Assembly: GCA_048938445.1 (NCBI GenBank)
Contig: JBHLME010000029.1
Location: 1-40,335, forward strand
Length of the DNA: 40,335 nt
Direction of reading: 5' to 3'
Source of the DNA: Promethearchaeota archaeon
GTDB taxonomy: Archaea; Asgardarchaeota; Lokiarchaeia; Sigyniarchaeales; SOKP01
The notes under the pieces are model-generated. The model was not told the origin of the DNA. It saw only the letters and a program-made list of their open reading frames with translations, and searched no databases. Positions 36,845 to 40,335 of this stretch are shown in pieces (within the stretch, counting starts at the first letter, position 1; the number at the start of each line of letters is the position of its first letter). The translations under genes and the position numbers were made by a program.

Positions 36845-38500
36845 TTGAAATTACTAATTAAGATGAATGATCCTGATAAACGGCATTATAATACAGTAGT
36901 TTTTATTTCATTTGAAAATCATTATGCACCACATGGGGGATTAGCAGCAGTCATGAAGAATCTACCTCCTGTCATGTCAAAGTCAATCAAAACAACTCTT
37001 ATATCTCCTCTCTTTCCGAATATTAAAAAAACAAGAGAAGCAATTGATTCTCAGATATTAATTGATACAAATTATAGAGGACATGTACTCTATAAAGGTT
37101 ATAAACACGAAATCAGCTTATTTAAGAGTACAGAATTTTCAGATTTTAAAAACTATGACCTTTTTTTAGTAAAAAGTGATAATTTCTTTTTAGCAGGTGA
37201 AGATCCATATAATGATACATGGCGTTATGATGCGCTCTTCCACGATTCATATTTCTTTTCAAAATCGATACCCATTGTGTTAAATTTAATTAAAGAGAAG
37301 TTCTCTCCACCTTACATGATAAATTTACAAGATTGGGAAACTGCACTGGTGGCAGATAGCATTGCTCATTCTTCACAAAATAAACTCGTTCTCACTCTTC
37401 ATAATCCATATGATGAATATCTACCAAATGATCCTCAAGGCCGGACGGTATTGCAATTATCAATTCCTAAAATTCAAGGTTTATCTACGGTCTCGGAGCA
37501 TTTTGCCTATGAATTACAGCATGATGTTTTGCATCAATATATTCTTACACATAAATTAAAAACTCAGTTTCAATTATTAAAGCCTATAGGAATTAATAAC
37601 GGTAATTTTGTGAATCTCTCGTTTCCTGAAAAATTAATTGATTCCACTGATATATTACATAAGAAATTAGAAAACCGAAGAGACTTTAATACAATGTTGA
37701 TGGAGAGGAAAAATATTAAACCTAAATGGGGTAATAATTTTGATTTAATGAGTGAAGATTTACCCCTTTTTTTACTTTTTGGACGAGATGATCCCAATCA
37801 GAAAGGTTTTGATCTAGCAGCAGCAGCAATATATAAATTATTAAAGAAATCAAATCCCCTTCCCGCGTTCTTCATATTTGCATCCATTCCAGGTCCGCAT
37901 GGATTAAATAATTTTGGACCAATGCAAGATTTAGCCTCAGAATTCCATGAAAATGTAATGGTTTTTCCATCACGCTTGTCAGAGGGTTATGACCTACTAC
38001 AAAGTTCTGCGAATTACATCATCATGCCCTCATACTACGAACCTTTCGGAGCAGCAAATGAAGGATATGCTTCAGGTGTTCCCGTTATAGCAAGAGCAAC
38101 GGGAGGTTTGATTCAACAAGTATGTCCGAAAAATTACAAATCACTACCGGAAAAAATAAAAGAATATGTCAAATTGTATCACGGTGACTTGACAAGACCA
38201 ACTGGGTATCTTTACCGAGAGCAACCCAATACTGAAACAGCAGAGAATTGGAAATACCTCCTAAGCACTGATTTTTCAAAACGAAGGTCAGTTCATGAAC
38301 CTGTTGATTGGCGAAATCCTGTGTTCTGGTCAATGGTTTCAGAGCTTGAGATCGTTTTGGAGGAAGCAATCAAACTTTATGAGTTTGATAAGGAAACTTA
38401 TTGTGAGATGATTATAAATGGTATTAATTTATTCAAGGAGTTCTCATGGGAAAAGACCGCAAAACTTTACAGGACTTTATTATATGATACTATTTGGTAA
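36845..38500 (+). CDS. Glycogen/starch synthase-like glycosyltransferase (GT5)
   Basis: SFE...GGLAAV, LQDWET, TLHN, STVS, GINNG, GRDDPNQKGFD, MPSYYEPFG, ARATGGL and FSW motifs. Confidence 0.85.
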   Translation: MKLLIKMNDPDKRHYNTVVFISFENHYAPHGGLAAVMKNLPPVMSKSIKTTLISPLFPNIKKTREAIDSQILIDTNYRGHVLYKGYKHEISLFKSTEFSDFKNYDLFLVKSDNFFLAGEDPYNDTWRYDALFHDSYFFSKSIPIVLNLIKEKFSPPYMINLQDWETALVADSIAHSSQNKLVLTLHNPYDEYLPNDPQGRTVLQLSIPKIQGLSTVSEHFAYELQHDVLHQYILTHKLKTQFQLLKPIGINNGNFVNLSFPEKLIDSTDILHKKLENRRDFNTMLMERKNIKPKWGNNFDLMSEDLPLFLLFGRDDPNQKGFDLAAAAIYKLLKKSNPLPAFFIFASIPGPHGLNNFGPMQDLASEFHENVMVFPSRLSEGYDLLQSSANYIIMPSYYEPFGAANEGYASGVPVIARATGGLIQQVCPKNYKSLPEKIKEYVKLYHGDLTRPTGYLYREQPNTETAENWKYLLSTDFSKRRSVHEPVDWRNPVFWSMVSELEIVLEEAIKLYEFDKETYCEMIINGINLFKEFSWEKTAKLYRTLLYDTIW

Positions 38501-38543
38501 ACGTTTTAAATAGAAACAAATTAAAAAAAAAAAATAGGATTGT

Positions 38544-39827
38544 TTAGAAACCTTTAATAATCGAACTTAAAGCATTAGACATTATATATAACTGAATCTG
38601 CCGAGAACCTCCAACTATCTCTTGAATTCGTGAAATTCCTACTAAATCATGCATTAATGTATTATCATTAAGACCTGCTCCACCCATTACATTTGCACAT
38701 TCATAACATACATCTTTTGTAAGATCTGCGGCCATATATTTAAATTGGCTTGCAGAAGAAACAAGAGCATGAGCAATATTGGGAGGAAGTTCACCATATT
38801 TTTCAATTTTTTCATCATATGCTTCACAAAATTTCACTAATCCATATGTCAAGGAGTTAGTTCTTGCCCAGAGTTCAGATAATAATAATCCTACACCTTG
38901 AAATTTCATAATTGGTTGATTAAATTGCTTTCTCATACTTGCATAAATGAGAGCAAACGAAAGAGCCGTCCAAGATTCACAAAGATTTTCTGAAGCAATC
39001 ATTATTCTTTCGGGTACCAATCCTTCAAAAAGATGTTCTCTACCTTTACCAACTTCTCCAAGAACATAGTCTTTAGGAACATTCAAATTAACTAATTTTT
39101 CCTTCCCAAGATAAATTTTTGGAACCCATGGAATGAAAATTCTATCACAATTCCAACCTTCCCAATCAGTATCAATTAAAAATTGTGCCATCATATTTCC
39201 ATTGTTTTGTTCTGCTGCAGCATAACAAACCGCCCATTTTGACCTAGGTGCATTAGTGTTATAAATTTTTTCTCCATTAAGAATAAAACTTCCATCATCT
39301 TGCTCATCACAAGTGGTTAATTGATGTACTGCATCAGAACCTCGTTCTGGTTCCGTTATTAAAATACAACCCGGAACTTTTCCTGTAACTAAATCTTTTA
39401 ATGCATTTAACCTTACAGGAACATTGTCATGATGAGCGTAGATGGGATTTATGGCCAAAATTGAAGCCCCAGACATCATTAAATATTGGGGATCAAATTG
39501 ATCGATAGCCATGCCCCTAAGTAAATCCACGGTTAAACCATATTTCTCATAGTTTAAATCAATTTCACTAAAGGGCTGTATACGGGTGATAAACCCCTCC
39601 TTTCCAAAAGCCGGAATCCATTCATAAATATCTTCATCAGGACCATGAGTTATATTGTTATCTTTTTCAAAGTTAACGCAAAAATTTTGCACTTCTTTGA
39701 GAAATTCCATTTCATTCGATGATAAGATGGATGATAAATTTGCATTCATGAATGCATAACGATTTTGCAGGCTCAGCTTTTTCATTATCTCATCATTAAT
39801 GCCATGAGCATATTTTGTTTTTGACAT
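38544..39827 (-). CDS. Acyl-CoA dehydrogenase family protein
   Basis: ITEPERGSD, ILNGEKIYNTN, RKQFNQPI..FQGV, MGGAG and IVGGSRQIQ motifs. Confidence 0.93.
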   Translation of the reverse strand: MSKTKYAHGINDEIMKKLSLQNRYAFMNANLSSILSSNEMEFLKEVQNFCVNFEKDNNITHGPDEDIYEWIPAFGKEGFITRIQPFSEIDLNYEKYGLTVDLLRGMAIDQFDPQYLMMSGASILAINPIYAHHDNVPVRLNALKDLVTGKVPGCILITEPERGSDAVHQLTTCDEQDDGSFILNGEKIYNTNAPRSKWAVCYAAAEQNNGNMMAQFLIDTDWEGWNCDRIFIPWVPKIYLGKEKLVNLNVPKDYVLGEVGKGREHLFEGLVPERIMIASENLCESWTALSFALIYASMRKQFNQPIMKFQGVGLLLSELWARTNSLTYGLVKFCEAYDEKIEKYGELPPNIAHALVSSASQFKYMAADLTKDVCYECANVMGGAGLNDNTLMHDLVGISRIQEIVGGSRQIQLYIMSNALSSIIKGF

Positions 39828-40209
39828 TTTTCCCCACTTTCCATTTTTATGATTTATACATTATCGTATATCAAGTTAGATAAATAATAAAACTAAATGA
39901 TTTTTTTAATGTTTTCTAGTATATTTGTTTCCTTTTGAATATTTCTGGTTAATTTTACGTATGTAAAATGAAATCTAAAAAAAAAGATGATTATTATCAT
40001 CAAATTGATAATTTTTCAATTTAAAAAAAATTAAATTTAAAAAGTAAAATAAAAAGAATGATTTAGAACACTCTCCCTCCATCTCGTCTATATTTGTCTC
40101 GAAACTGTTAGATACCTGCATTACTCGAAAGCAACATTCCAACCAAACCAACTCTTTCTCTTGCTTTCATACTCTAAGCCTGAACCGACGAGTCCTGTTT
40201 CGACACCAC

Positions 40210-40335
40210 ACACTCGCGCTGTTGAGAATGGCGGGCTGAATACCTCGCCCGAAAGCTTGGCACGTACACCCCCATCTCACCAACCCCGTCTTTTACGGGT
40301 GCGCTCGTCTCATCTACGCTGTTGCTGTCACCAGC
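40210..40335 (-). rRNA. 23S rRNA, 3' end only (runs off the window)
   Basis: Reverse complement ACGAGCGCACCCGTAAAAGACGGGGTTGGTGAGATGGGGGTGTACGTGCCAAG...TTCAGCCCGCCATTCTCAACAGCGCG matches the layout of archaeal 23S helices 99-101; sharp GC rise. The exact 3' boundary is approximate. Confidence 0.85.

Noticed and set aside
40060-40209. Possible 5S rRNA or other ncRNA
   Set aside because: No 5S hallmark motifs seen; better explained as the 23S precursor 3' trailer.

Overview
Very AT-rich archaeal chromosome segment, most consistent with an Asgard archaeon (Lokiarchaeia-like). The basis is archaeal Rpo5/unsplit Rpo2, TFE, aMBF1, PAN, NAC and Cbf5, together with three small GTPases of different domain architectures and a longin/DENN-like protein. 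The ORF track misses several features I can read directly. These are four intron-containing tRNAs (5 introns, 3 at non-canonical positions), a TFE-alpha gene with no ATG/GTG/TTG start, and a peroxiredoxin-like gene with an in-frame TGA in a UxxC motif (probable selenoprotein) followed 6 nt later by a GC-rich hairpin. Also missed are a 507-aa LAGLIDADG intein in NrdD, a decayed MazG-like duplicate, a frameshifted PAP2 phosphatase, a PIP-box C-terminus at the left edge and the 3' end of a 23S rRNA at the right edge. Best candidates for new biology: (i) UGA recoding with a codon-proximal hairpin and no visible canonical SECIS; (ii) the 24.4-31.7 kb small-GTPase/zinc-ribbon/DENN-like neighbourhood, including a Rab with a 470-aa repeat-built tail; (iii) apparent ATT-type initiation; (iv) two intact ORFs that look like pseudo-enzymes. 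All family calls come from motif recognition by eye; no searches were run.
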